Program-made: the position numbers and the translations under genes
Shown here: positions 46,277 through 64,000 of the stretch, piece after piece
Layout: every line of letters starts with the position of its first letter
Position numbering within the stretch: the first letter of the stretch is position 1
The notes under the pieces: model-generated
Databases searched by the model: none
The model's input: only the letters and a program-made list of their open reading frames with translations
Told to the model about the DNA's origin: nothing
Assembly (NCBI RefSeq): GCF_009914755.1
Contig: NC_060929.1
Origin: the human T2T-CHM13v2.0 reference genome, Homo sapiens
DNA length: 64,000 nt
Strand: one strand, 5' to 3'

Positions 46277-48064
46277 GGTTTTCTAGTTTCTTATTAAAGT
46301 AGAAGCTTGGATCATTGATTTGAGACTTTTTCCCTACTCTTGCTGTTTAGCTATGTATTTCCCTCTAAGCACGACTTTGGCTGCATTCCACAAATTTTGA
46401 TAAATGTGGTTTTGTTTTCATTCAATTTAAAATAATTTCTAGTTTCTCTTGTGACCTCTTATTTGATCTATGAGTTATTTAGAAGTACATTATTTAATTT
46501 CCAAAATTTGAGGATATTCCAGATAGCTATTACTGATTTCTGGTTTCATTTGGTAATGGTAAGAGAATGTTTTATGCTTTCCATTTTTTTAATTTGTTAA
46601 AGTTTGTTTTATGGCCCAGAACATGTTCTATTATGGTAAGTGTTCTGTGTGCACTTTTGAAAAGAATGTATATATAGTCTGTTTTGTTGGGTGGAGTGTC
46701 GTACAAATGTTAGGTCAAGTTGGTTGATATTTTTCTGTCTTTCCCTGTTACCTATTTACTTGTTTTATCAATTACTGAGAGAAAAGTGTTGAAGTCTCCA
46801 AGATAATTGTATATTTTTAATTTTTATTTCTTGTTTTAGTTCACTTAGGTTTTCCTTTATGTATTTTGAAGCTATTTTATTACATAGATGCTTAGGATTG
46901 TTTTGTCTTCTTGGTAAATTGACCCTTTTATCATATAATGTCCCTTTTTATTGATGATAATATTTCTTATTCTGAAGTTTACACCCTCTGATGTTTAGCA
47001 CAACAGCTTTCTTGTAGATTGTCTGCATGACATATCTTTTTTATTGTTTTACTTTTAACTAATTTGTCTTTCAAGCAGGTTTTTTTTAGGCAACATGTGT
47101 GTAGTTATTTTTATATCCAGTCTAGCCATCTCTGTTTCCTAATGGGTATATTTAGGCTATTTATTTAATTATTGATGTGGCTAGATTAGATCTACCGTTT
47201 TATTTGCTTACTGTTTTTCTCTTCAGTTTTTTTCCTTTTCTCCTTTCTTGTGGATTACTTTATGTTTATTAGTATTTCATTTTATCTACTGGGTATTTGT
47301 TTAATATCATTATATTTAAATATATATTTTAGTGGTTGCTCTGCAGCTTAAAATATACATACCTGAGTTAATATTATACTTCACGTAAAATGCCAAGCTT
47401 TACAACCACATAGGTTCATTTACCTTCCCTCCTTTACGCTTGGAAGTCATTGCTGCGCACACCAATAGCATAGTTTTGCAGTTGGCACCATCCTCAGGAA
47501 AAGTTAAGACAGAATAAAAAAAAAAATGGCAAAATGGATCCTTGTAAGGACGGGCCATTTTTTACATTTTGGCTCCCTCCTTAGTTGGCCTGCTATTTTT
47601 TATTTTTATATTGTTGCTTTTTGTATTCTATCCAGAACTTTTAGTGTCAGTCTGTTGGGGAGGGAGGCTTTAGTGGTCCTTGTTGATCTTGTTTGGAATC
47701 CAAAGTGCCACTTTTTAATTGAAGAGATACTAGCAAAAAAATCTTAAAATTTTTTATCCTGCATACTACCAGGTGATGGTGTGGGGGAATAAAGGAATAT
47801 TCATTTATTAAGAATACAGATGTCTACTCAGTTGTATATCTTGGACAACTGTAGTTCTGATCATGAAGAACCTGTGTCACAGGCAGAGAAGCCATCAGTA
47901 TTCTTTTCCACCATAACTTTCTCATTTGGCAGTCACTGTCCACACTCCTTTCCATCCACTAGAAAATAGCTCTTTTCCTATTTAGTAGGAACCTGGAAGA
48001 GGCATGGAGAGGCAGGACAAAGATAAGTAGGTTTTTGCAACCTTTAAAGATTAACAGCTCCCTT

Positions 48065-48516
<452 letters not shown>

Positions 48517-50254
48517 TCATTCCCATTGTGCGGTCCACTCTTGGGCTCTGGACTATGAGGTGAAAAGGTTGTTTTTGTTATATAAACATGTTTGTTTTTC
48601 TTTCCTTGTTTCTGGTGTTAAAACTACGAGTACCCAAGGTATTAGCAATATGAACTTTCAGTTATGATAAGAATACATTATATGTTGCAAATAGTTTACA
48701 TGTATTATAGCTGTATACTGTATTATAATCTTTACTTCAACAGTCATGTCTATTTTAAAGAACTTAAGAGGAAAAAATAATCTGTTTTATTTATTCAGAT
48801 ATTTACCATTTTTGTTGCTTTTCCTTTACCCAAGGTTTGCTCTTGTAATTTTTCTTTTTAGCATAAAGAATTTCCTTCAGCATTTCTTTTTGAGCAGATC
48901 TGTTGGTGATGAATATTCTTAATTTGTACTTCATCTGAAAACTTTATTTCACCTTCAATCCTGGAGGATATTTTCACTGTTCATAGGTTTCTGCATCAAT
49001 AGGTCTTTCAACACTTTCAGAGTGTTATTCCACTGTTTTGTAGCCTTTGTGGTTTCTGATGAGAAATCCACAGTTGTTTGAATTGGTATTCCCCTGTAAA
49101 AATACGTTGTTTTTCTCTAGCTGCTTATATTTTTTCCCTATAGCTTCCATTTTCAGCAGTTTGAATCTAATGTGTGTAGGCATAGTATTCTTTGATTTTA
49201 TCCTCAATGAGGTTTGCCAGGCTTCTTGAATCTGTAAGTTTATATCGTTCACCAAATTCTGGAAATTTCAGCTACTGTTTCTTTAAATACTTCTGCAGCA
49301 ATCTTTCATCCTTCCTTCTGGAACATTTTGGTATTGTCCCATAGGTCCTTGAGGCTTTGTTCATTTTTTCAACTTCTTTTCTCAGGAGAAGTTATCTTTG
49401 TTATTCAGATCAGATATTTTCTATGGATTTATTTTCAGTTGCACTAACACTTTGCTCTTCAATAGCAATAACAACCCATTATTCTCTTTGGTAACAGCTC
49501 ATTCTGTTATTGAGCTTATGTGAATGTTTTGTTTCAGGTAATTTTTTTTTCAGTTCTAACATTTTGTTTTCTTTCTTCTTTTTGTAGCAGCTTTCTTTTT
49601 TTGCAGCAGCTTCTGTTTCTTTGCTGAGAGCTGTCATTTCATTCACTTCAAATATGTTTACCTTTACTTCATACAACATAGTTAGAAATGCTTTTAAAAG
49701 TTTTAAAAAATAATGCATTCAACATCTGGGTTATTTCTAGGTTGACATCTGTTGATTGTCTTTTCTCTTATTTGGTCACATTTTTTGGACTCTTTATGAC
49801 AAATAATTTTGGACTATATCTTAAACATCCCAAATGTTATATTGTGTAGGCTCTGCATCCTGTTATAATCCTCTGGAGACTATTGGGATTTTTTGTTTAT
49901 TTTTTTGTTTGGTCAGGCAATCAATTTGCTTAGGTTCAGATTCCAAATTTCTGTTTTGCCTTCTGTGGGCAGTGGTTCTAATCTCAGTTCAGTTTTCAAA
50001 GCTTTTGCCTCTTCAGGTCTGTCTCATGCAGGCACCACTCAGGTCTTAGTCTGGGACTTTGACAGTGACCTAAGTATCAATTGAGTTTTCCAGTCTGTGA
50101 GAATTGCTGTGCTGTTTGGCTACACATGTGCTGCTCAGGGTTGACCCTGAGATTTGCACACATTCATTCACAGAATTAGGGGATCCCCTTCTCCAGTTTT
50201 TTCTCTGGGATTTTCCCCACATTCTTCAGTTTACAAGACCGCCCCACCTTCCCC

Positions 50255-50262
50255 ACCACACA

Positions 50263-50301
<39 letters not shown>

Positions 50302-50326
50302 ACACGGACACACACACACACACACA
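50255..50326 (+). repeat. Interrupted (CA)n microsatellite
   Basis: Directly visible. Confidence 0.9.
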
Positions 50327-50759
50327 CTCTTCCTCTAGCCCGAAAGATGAGGTTTCTTTTGGCGTTTTATCTACCCGTGCTGTAGCTCCTGTAGTGCAGC
50401 TCCATGCCTGGGACTTGCTTTCAGCAAATCTGCAAGAGAAAAGAGGGGGAAAAAAACAGGGATTTATTCATATACACATACTCCTTAGCTCATATGACCC
50501 CTTTGTCTGATTCATCTGGCCATAAAGATGAGATTTCTACCAGAGTTTAGCTGTCTCTGTCTCTATACCATTGCACAGGTCTGTGACTGAGGCCCACTTT
50601 CAGGACAAAACTATTAGAGAAAAGAGGAAAGGAATAGACTCTCTACCTTTTATGATCTGTCAGAATTTGTTTACTTTTTAGATTCCTCAAGTACCTTTTT
50701 AATTTTATCTATAGGCTTTAGTTATAATCAGAGAGAGAGGCTCTAGTTGGCTTACCACT

Positions 50760-51435
<676 letters not shown>

Positions 51436-51649
51436 GGGGAGGAAGATAGTAAGACAGTTCACTTTGGTTGGGCAGAAAAAAAATGGTTTTGGGTTGTCGC
51501 AGCAGAAATACATATAAGTGAGAGAAAGGGTAGAAGATAGGGGAATTGGCTAGTTATGGAAGATTTGGGTGGTAAGAGAGAAGTAGGACTTTGGGAAAAT
51601 ATCTGGATTTCTGAATTGGGTCACCTACCAAGAAAAGCAGTTGTTCCTT

Positions 51650-51890
51650 CTTCCCAGTCTTTCTGCCTTTTACTTCCTTTTCTTGTCTTTTTGCATGCAG
51701 CTAGAACTTTCAGTATGATGTTGAAAAGAAGTGGTAAAAGGGGACAACCTTGTCTTGTTCCTGATCTTACTGGGGAAGCTTCAAATTTCTCACCATTAAG
51801 TATGATGTTAGTTGTAGGCTTTTTGTAGATATTCTTTATCAAGATATCCTCTATTACTAGCTTACTGAAAGTTTTTTATCATTAATAGAT
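51650..51890 (-). mobile_element. L1 ORF2 reverse-transcriptase fragment
   Basis: Minus-strand translation [43 protein letters not shown] matches the L1 RT motif ([21 protein letters not shown]). Confidence 0.9.
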
Positions 51891-51932
51891 ATTGGAGCCA
51901 CTCTGCCATATTTTTAGGTGGATGCACTATAG

Positions 51933-52550
<618 letters not shown>

Positions 52551-53110
52551 TAGAACATCTGATTGACAAACTTGTGGTTAATTCTTTGACATATCCATCA
52601 TTATTTTCTTAAAACTCAGTTAAATGATAGTCATTGAGTGTTTTACTGCTAGATACTGAGTAAAGAGTAGTGAACAAGATGAGATACTCTTCCTTTCTAT
52701 GTACAGCGTGCAGTCTATAAAACAGATAATACTTATAATGTGGTAAGAGAAATTATGACACAAGTAGGTACTCTATGGAAGTATATAGGCCAATCACCCA
52801 ATCAGACTCTTCTAGAGTTACAGTTAAGGTTGTCAGGAGTACTTTCAGAGGAAATAATACACAAACTTGTTCTTTAAATTCCTTCAAGTGAAAGTTGCTA
52901 AGTTAAAGAGAGGCCCACTTTTGTGAGAATTTGGGACTTTAAGAATTAGTTCTCGAGAGAAAAGAAAGCCTCTTTAAATTTTCCTATAAGAGTTTGAAAC
53001 TACTTTTGAATGTTCTAAAGAGATTTTTGTGCCATTGAGGGTAGTTTACTTAAAAAGCTGATGAGAAAATCTTATTAATTAGGAGTGGCATCAAAAGACT
53101 ATTGATCCTA

Positions 53111-55858
<2,748 letters not shown>

Positions 55859-56081
55859 GGTTTTCTTTTTTAAATCTTAAGTGACTTTTTGTTAAGAAAG
55901 ATGATGAGTTAAAAGTGTGTTATTAGTTCATTCTTACTCTCAGAGGAGGATATATAAATAGCTGTTCTTGTTCTTTCCTCCATTCTTTTCAAGAGAATGT
56001 TCTATTTCTGTAGTACATGGTGACAGAATTACAACAGGTAAACATGCCAATCCATTACCTATTATTGTTCTTTTTTAACAG

Positions 56082-56199
56082 TCAAGTCCATCATCTCCAG
56101 AACCAGCTAGTCTTCCTGCAGAAGATATTAGTGCAAACTCCAATGGCCCAAAACCCACAGAAGTTGTATTAGATGATGACAGAGAAGATCTTTTTGCAG
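56082..56199 (+). CDS. SNX2: SNX2 coding exon 2 (SSPSSPEPASLPAEDISANSNGPKPTEVVLDDDREDLFA + 1 nt)
   Basis: Acceptor TTCTTTTTTAACAG|TCA; 118 nt continue the exon 1 frame; donor CAG|GTAGTT, phase 1. Confidence 0.97.
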
Positions 56200-57759
56200 G
56201 TAGTTGTCATGTATTTATTTTTTAATAATGGTCAATTGCAGTATATTTTCTATTAGATAGAAAATATCTAAAACAAAACTGAAATTCTGTGTAAAGTGTT
56301 AGTGGCAGCTCTTGTAACAACTTAGAAGGATGGGGAATTTCCAGTCACATCACTCTATGAAAAATGTGGACTGTCCAGAGAAGCAAAAATGTGGTTCTTT
56401 CTGGCTGTAAGCATTTGAGAATAAATTGTATATTATAATTTGATTGGGGGCAGTATTTAGATGCAAAAGACTAATCATTGTGATGTTCATACTTTGAGAA
56501 ATAGCAGTGATTATACCTTTTTATTGCTTAGAAGTTGTCCCAAAGCAAAATTAAACTATGGATTTAAAAATTATTCTATATTTATGTTTGAAAGCTGTTT
56601 TAATAAATTGCTGTACTATTTACCATCTGTTCCATTTGACCCACTTATAGGTGAATAAATTGATGCTTAAGGAATTTGTTTTTGATACAGGGGCAGGATT
56701 TGGTGTAGTTCATCCTAACTTAAGAAGGACTCTGTTTAACAATTATCTGCTTTAAAATTAAAATTAATGTTTTAATATTAAAAAGCAACATCTTCCTTAA
56801 AATTAATGACACAAAAAATGAAAATGGTAAATTTTATTTTGTGTGTTTAATAGCCTAATTTACCTGAACTGGCTTTCATTGAGTTAAAACTTAATATGGA
56901 TGGATTCTTTTGTGGCTCATAAGCTTGGGATTTTCACACTAAACATTTTTAACTCATGAGGTTGGGACTTCACATTAATCTCTAATCTTTGAGATTGCCT
57001 CCCTCAAACCTTGCTACAGTATTGGCACATTACCCATCTCACATGAAAAAGGAAAAAGAAAAAAAGATAAAAAATGAATAATTATGTTCTCATCTTTCAT
57101 AGTGGTTCAATATTCAAACCATTCTGTGTTTTTGTACAAACATGTTTGAAGACAGCAATCCTCCATCACAAAACTCCATATAATTTACACCTTGATTCAT
57201 TCCATGAGAAGTTGTCACTGGAGATGAATTCACATATTTTATTATGTCACAAAATTAAAAATATGATACCAAATACCAATCATCTTCTCTTTAAAATTTT
57301 AAGCCACCTAACAACTTAGAGTCAAAATCACCGTTAACCAAAGTTGTAATATTTCAGTATTTGTTATTGTGTCCTTTCATGGACTTTTTTCCAGGCAATC
57401 TTTCAAAGTTGTTTCATGGTATTTGTATCTTATGCTAAAAGATGACACAAGTTCTTTCTCTACTTAACAAGTACTAATCTAAAATTCTGTGTATTCCTTT
57501 AATGGTATAGGGTCATACATAGAGGTTTTAAATTATCCATTTTTTTAAAGACTCCTTCACCCTATAGTCTCAGATTTCTATGTAGATGAGTATGTTTAAA
57601 CCTTACTGTAACAACAGAACTGTGTCTGTGTGTGTTTGTGTACATGCAAGGTTTTTTTTTTCTTAACAGTATGCACAGCTGATCAAAGAGTTAGCCAAGT
57701 GAGGACTATACAATGATATTTGCCCACTTAGCTTGGTTAGAAAAAAAATTAAAAACAGT

Positions 57760-58043
57760 TTTTAGACAGGTCTCACTCTGTCACCCAAGCTGGAGTATAG
57801 CCATGCCATCATAGCTCACAGCAGCTTTGAACTCTTGGGCACAAACAATTCTCCAACCCTTGCTTCTCAAGTAGCTAAGACTTCAGACATGTGCCACTAT
57901 ACCTGGCTAATTTATTCATGTTTTGTTGAGATGGGATCTTGCTATGTTGCCCAGGCTGGTCTTGAACTCCTGGCCTCAAACAGTCCTCCCACCTGGGTCT
58001 CCCAAAGTATTGGGATTACAGGCGTGAGCCACTGAGCCCAGCC
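57760..58043 (-). mobile_element. AluJ in intron 2
   Basis: Diverged antisense dimer. Confidence 0.88.
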
Positions 58044-60507
58044 AGAAAAATCTTCATAGTGTTTTATTCTACCTAGCAGTCTATACTAAATTCTGTGAAT
58101 CAAATATGGTGAATATCAGTGTTTGTTTTAAAAAAAGAGAGAGATGGGAACTAAAGAACAATAAACATAGTCATCTGTCTCCTTTGTTAACCCAAAAATA
58201 GAAACATTTTTTATGCTTTAGCTTTCATCTTAAACTCAGCTGTATTTCATAATGACATCATTAAGTGACTGAAGACCTAATCTGATCATTTTTGTATGAA
58301 TGAATGAGTATTACACTTGGTTCTTATTTATAATACATTTTAACAGGTGTAGCATTCCTCCTTCTATGGAGGAGTATGGTTCTAGGAAACTATAATAGGG
58401 AGCAGCGTGTGTTACTGGGATGGTGAAAACTATTGTCCAGTAATGAGAAACCTATACTCGATTTGTCCCTCCTATACCAGAGGAGAGAATATAGATATTG
58501 CTGTAGTGACATTGACATAATCAGTTCATACATGTCTCAAAGTATGTCTCCAAGGAAAAATTAATCTTTACAGTTAGCACCTATGAAGCATCTTCCTGAA
58601 CCTTTAGGTCTGCTTTAAATTAAACCTTATGAATTTGTAATATATTGGTTTACTTAAGCTAAAAGGTGTCATGAAGAAAATTTAAGACAGATTATATATA
58701 TATGTTGAATCTAAATCCTACAATTTTTGAATGAAGCAGCCTGTTAGTGTAAATAACACAAAACTCAGTATCAGTAAAGTAAAATGTGATTAAAAAGTTT
58801 AAATGACTTTATCTGTACTGATTTCTTAATAAAGTTACTATCTCTCACAATATTTTGCCTGTGAGTCTGTTGCCAAAGAACAGTGCCTCTTTCAGATTCT
58901 GGGGTTTTTGTTTTGTTTGGTGCTTGTTGTTTTGCTTATTGTTGTAAATATCTCACACTTGTAGCTTTGATATACTGCTTTTTTTTTACTTTATCATATT
59001 ACTCATTGGTTTCATTTCTTTACAAAAAGAGTAATAAATACCAGCAATCATCACAGCCTGAATTGCATATAAGCTTTTATTTTGTTACGGTAGGCTTATC
59101 TATAGCCTGTTTCAACATATATAGTCCATTTTCCTTCCTCTGGTTACCATAGTTTGAAAGATTTTTAGTTATTGATCATTTTCGCTTTTAATATGAAAAA
59201 GTGAAGAGATCATCTATACCAAGTAAGGATCTCATCAACATGAGATAACCAGTAAGAATAGCTTGATAAAATGTTGACGTGTATAACCTTATTTCAGGTA
59301 ATTATGCTATTACTGCTATACCTTGAGGTATTAAAATTAAAATGGTTCACTGACTATCATTACCACCATCTTGAACCTCTAAGAATCTAAGGACCTCAGG
59401 TTAGAAACCACTGGCCTGGTCCTGTGTTTTCCTTGAGGTCCTGCCTTCCTTTCCTAGTATCAGTTCTACAGACTAGCAAAGTTGTAGTTTACATTATGGC
59501 CACCACTTGTGATTTTCCCTTTCCTGGCTCTGCTTTTTGCATATGCTATTATTCCATTATCATGGAATTCTTTCTTCATTTTTTCTCTACCCATTTCAGT
59601 CTTCTCAGATCCATTTTGTAAACTGTTCCTGATTTTTGTCTCCCAGCTCAACTCAAATTGTAGTGTTTGTTCTGTAGCTCATGTAGCAATTAAATGTCTT
59701 GTAACATTCTTTTCATTGTTTGCCTGGGTATTATTTAAGTCTTTTATTATTATTTAACATCCCACATGCTTATGTCTTGTTTTCCCCAACTAAATTATAA
59801 ACTCTCTGAGGGCAGGTATGATATTTTACATTTTTGTGTGTTTTTCTGTTGCACTTAGCACAATGTTATGTAGCCTGTAGACATTCAGTTTATTGATTTG
59901 GTTTGATTTTTTAAAATTATTAGTATTAGATTTTTCAAGTGAGTGGGCATTTTAATTTAAAACCTAAACACCTATTTGTTTTGTGTCATATTTGTGTATC
60001 CAACTAATTAATATCCAGTAATCTTTACCAATTAATTGCTTTATATTACTAACTTTGTAGCTTTTCCTAACCAGTTTTTAATCCAAGTTAAAATAGTTGT
60101 GGACAGACTTCCACCATAAAATTTGTCTTTATATGTATAAAATAATCATAATATTAGTGTAAATAAATATTTGAAAGGTAAGTTACCACAAGTATAAGTT
60201 GTTACAAATCCAAACATGAATGTGGAATCATCTGCATCATTGCTTTTCTTTCAGCCTGATCCCTACCACTAGTATAATTAAGCTAACTTAATAGGATTCT
60301 TTCTAAAACCAACAAAGTTACAGTTAGTTTTAAAGTTGTGATAAATAAGGATGCATAAAATTCCTTTGTGATAATTATTTTTAAATGACATTATTTTTAT
60401 ATTTGTGGGTAATATAAAAATATTTTTTATAATCCATTAACTGCTATGTAGAATATTGGGGGTTTGCTTGCCAGTGTTCTTAACTAACTTGTTTAATCTA
60501 TGTCTAG

Positions 60508-60671
60508 AAGCCACAGAAGAAGTTTCTTTGGACAGCCCTGAAAGGGAACCTATCCTATCCTCGGAACCTTCTCCTGCAGTCACACCTGTCACTCCTACTA
60601 CACTCATTGCTCCTAGAATTGAATCAAAGAGTATGTCTGCTCCCGTGATCTTTGATAGATCCAGGGAAGAG
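60508..60671 (+). CDS. SNX2: SNX2 coding exon 3 (E-ATEEVSLDSPERE...VIFDRSREE, residues 76-130)
   Basis: Branch-point-like ACTAAC at 60483-60488; acceptor TCTAG|AA; 164 nt restore phase 0; donor GAG|GTACAG; overlaps ORF-track entry 60456..60692. Confidence 0.96.
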
Positions 60672-61179
60672 GTACAGGAAAATGTATTCTAAATTAATAT
60701 GTAAATATATACCTTTTTTCCCCACCCAACATCACTCTGCTGTTAGTCATTTCTAATCAAAGCCTTTTAGACATTTTGGGAAAAGAATATTGGACTAAAT
60801 TAGTTATGGGATCTGGCTTCTATCTTCCCCACTCTACCCAGTGACCTGGGCATATCATTTACCTTGTTAAGTGAAGGAGTTTGTCATTTTTGATTTTATG
60901 ATAATAGTGTGCATTTCCTAGGGTTTCTCTGTTGGTCAGATGATATATAAAAGTGCTTTGAAAACTTAATCACAATAAAGTGATATTTTGAGTAAATTTA
61001 TTTGATAAAATTTGTAATAAATACTGTTAATACTTAAAGGTTGATATTGAAAAAGAAGGGAGGATGTATATCAGTTAAAGGTACATTCTCATGATTTGGC
61101 AGTAATTTCTGACAAGGTGAATTTGGAAAAGAAAAATTATACAGAGATTATTTTAATGGCAAAATTATGTATTTAAAAG

Positions 61180-61560
61180 TCATTCATGGAAATATGTCGT
61201 TAAAATGACCATGATTAAGTAACAACCACATAAAAAATATAAACAATCTCGCAAACATAATATTAAGGGAAATAAGTAAGACATAAAAGAATACTTACAT
61301 AATTCTAATATATGAACTTTAAAAACAGATAAAAGTAAAGTACAGGGCTAGATGTCAGGGTAGTGGTTATGTTGGCAGGTAAAGAATGGGTAGTAACTGG
61401 AGGGGAAGCAAAAGAGGGCCTCCTGAGCTGTAGTGATGATGCTTATTTCTGATTTAGGTTCTGATTACAAACGTGTTCACTTTGTAAAGGTTTATTGAAC
61501 TGTACACTTAAAATTTATATACTTTTTATGTAATGATTTTTAAAAGTTTTACTTTAAAAA
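61180..61560 (+). mobile_element. L1ME-type 3' remnant in intron 3
   Basis: GTCAGG.TAGTGGTTA...GTGTTCACTTTGTAA...TGTACACTTA. Confidence 0.6.
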
Positions 61561-62119
61561 TATCTGTACAAGAAGACAACCTTGAAATAAAACAATTATG
61601 GTTCAAAACACTTTGCATTTAGATAGACTATTAATAATTGCCTTGAAAATTTTGCAAAGTTGAATAATCTCTGAACTTTGTGCTTGAGAATAACAAAGCT
61701 TTCCTGCAGAGCTAATGTTTGGATTGCTTATTTTTAATGGCATTTACAAGGGCTTCTCTGAAGTCTCGACATAGGGTTGTCATTTTTCCCACTTACTGCT
61801 TTTTCACTGAGGTTTATAGTGCTTTCCTTCGCGTCCAGAAGAACGTGTTTATTAGATAATTAGAGAAATCTTGATACTAAAGTTGCTTTTCAGTATAATC
61901 ACTTCTGCTGGTAAGTAAGGTTCTACTGGTAAAAGTAATGACTACCTACCTCCTTGGTATTAAAGGGTAGAGAGAGAACTTTGAAAAATGCTAGTATTAA
62001 AATTAATTAAGGAGGTAATTTTTTAATAATCTGAATCTGAAGATTCAGTATATAGAACAAAAAATTCCACAATATTTGTACAAAAAGACGAAAACATTTT
62101 TTCTACATCTGAGGAATTA

Positions 62120-62549
<430 letters not shown>

Positions 62550-62685
62550 TCAAAAATGAAGTGCTGGGTGGCTAAATTATTTGTTGTGACAGTGACTCTT
62601 ACAGAAAATAGATGATAAAAATTAGTGTCATGACAATAATTTAAATTATAATTTTTAATGCCAAAAAATAATTTATACTTTCTAG

Positions 62686-62752
62686 ATTGAAGAAGAAGCA
62701 AATGGAGACATTTTTGACATAGAAATTGGTGTATCAGATCCAGAAAAAGTTG
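62686..62752 (+). CDS. SNX2: SNX2 coding exon 4 (IEEEANGDIFDIEIGVSDPEKV + 1 nt; start of PX domain)
   Basis: Acceptor ACTTTCTAG|ATT; 67 nt in frame; donor TTG|GTGAGT. Confidence 0.96.
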
Positions 62753-62897
62753 GTGAGTCAATACTTATTATATTTTGTATTTACTTTTTATTAGTTTGTT
62801 GGTTTTGTATGGTTTTTCTTCATACATCAGTATAGTATTAAATGAGTTTTATTTTTATGCATGTGATTTTAATAGTAGTGTTTGACTTTTTTTGCAG

Positions 62898-62941
62898 GTG
62901 ATGGCATGAATGCCTATATGGCATATAGAGTAACAACAAAG
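62898..62941 (+). CDS. SNX2: SNX2 coding exon 5 (G-DGMNAYMAYRVTTK, PX domain); gene continues beyond window
   Basis: Acceptor TTTTTTTGCAG|GT after a 145-nt intron; 44 nt restore phase 0; donor AAG|GTGAGC. Confidence 0.96.
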
Positions 62942-63099
62942 GTGAGCTTTTTGTGCTTTTAAAAAAACTATCGAGCCCTCATTATGTGTAGTATGAGGAT
63001 ATGGCTATGATTAAGGTAGAAGTGATCCCTGTCTTTATAAAGGTTACCACCTAATAAAGATTGCCAAGAAGTAGGTGCAATGAGTTGTGAGTGGTTTGA

Positions 63100-63990
63100 T
63101 ATGTAGTGTTCAGTGAGAGTATGCAGGATGGGACCTGATTTAGACCTCTGGATGCCTAAGCCAAGACATAGGTGAGGGAAATGATGGGGAGGAGGGGGGG
63201 AAGAAGAAGAATGCTTGTGCCAGGTGAGGAATTTGCTTGTGCAAAAGCCAAAAGTGAAGAAAGCATCGTGCTTTCTAGAATCTCCAAGAAGTGATGCATG
63301 ATTGAAACGTTTGGCAGTAAGCCTTTGTGTATTATGAGCAGCCACATTTTAAGGAGTTTGGCTTCATGCTGAGTATAATGGAGAGCCATTAAAGAAGTTC
63401 AAAGAAGAGTGTGGCACAAGTAGGTTTTTGTTTTAGAAATATTTCTTTGGCCTCAGTATGAATTGGGAGGGTCAAAGTAGAGGTCAGGATTTCCAGTTAA
63501 AGGGACACTGCAATGATTAAAGGATTGTATGCCTTTAAATATTAAAAGAGCATGTCTGTCACAGCAGTTCTAGCTGTAAGCAGTAATACTTTATACTAAG
63601 AAAATGGTTCTGGAGATGAGCAAAATAAGTGGCTTCTTGAGTTATGTAGGCGGTAGAATTGACAGGACTTGGATGTAATGGGTGAGGAAGGAGAAGGATG
63701 CCTAGGTTATTGACTAGAGGGACTTTGCAGCTGTGAGAGTGATCCATGGAGAAAGGCAACACGGGCAGGAACACAGTGAGGATGAGGATGACAGTTGTTA
63801 ATTCATTGGATAAATATTCATTAAACACCTACCATGGTGTCAAGCTTTGTTGCAAGCCCTGGGGTATAGTAGTAAACAATACAGACAAGGGTGGCATCTT
63901 ATAGAACTTATGTTCCAGCAGGGGGAAATAGGGTAAGTTTGAAGTGCTGGTGAGATTTAAGTGGAGGGGTATTTGGATATATTGGACTGA
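63100..63990 (-). mobile_element. Degraded L2 pieces in intron 5
   Basis: Purine-rich antisense-L2 text (AATGGAGAGCCATT.AAG, TAGAATTGACAGGACTTG, ACAGACAAG...CTTATAGAACTTAT.TTC.AG). Confidence 0.6.
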
Positions 63991-64000
63991 AGCTTTGTAA

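Noticed and set aside
51621-51842. Reverse-transcriptase-like ORF as an active or novel RT system
   Set aside because: A short fossil of L1 ORF2 that ends before the catalytic motif.
60456-60507. Upstream part of ORF 60456..60692 (MGVCLPVFLTNLFNLCL) as an alternative N-terminus
   Set aside because: Starts at TTG and covers the branch point and acceptor of intron 2; no promoter evidence.

Overview
This is primate (almost certainly human) nuclear DNA, not a microbial locus. It contains the 5' part of SNX2 (sorting nexin 2; human 5q23) on the + strand: a CpG-island promoter at about 35.7-36.5 kb and coding exons 1-5 (35935-36042, 56082-56199, 60508-60671, 62686-62752, 62898-62941). All have GT-AG boundaries and join in one frame to encode residues 1-167 (acidic low-complexity N-terminus plus the start of the PX domain); the gene continues past the window. 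The first ~35 kb is non-coding, with many Alus (about 40 Alu pieces in the whole window), MaLR/ERVL/ERV1 LTRs, L2/MIR/L1 remnants and DNA-transposon fossils. Nearly all ORF-track entries are Alu, L1 or microsatellite artefacts. I cannot support a wholly new multi-gene system here. The best second-look items are: a perfect 23-bp-stem hairpin apparently made by template switching in intron 1; a sense MADE1 hairpin carrying a miR-548-type 22-mer; a 157-bp copy of one LTR pasted inside a neighbouring LTR; an Alu-tail GAA repeat 6.5 kb upstream of the promoter; a perfect 41-bp tandem duplication; and several candidate splicing/3'-end switches. Repeat subfamily names and boundaries come from recalled consensus sequences and are approximate.
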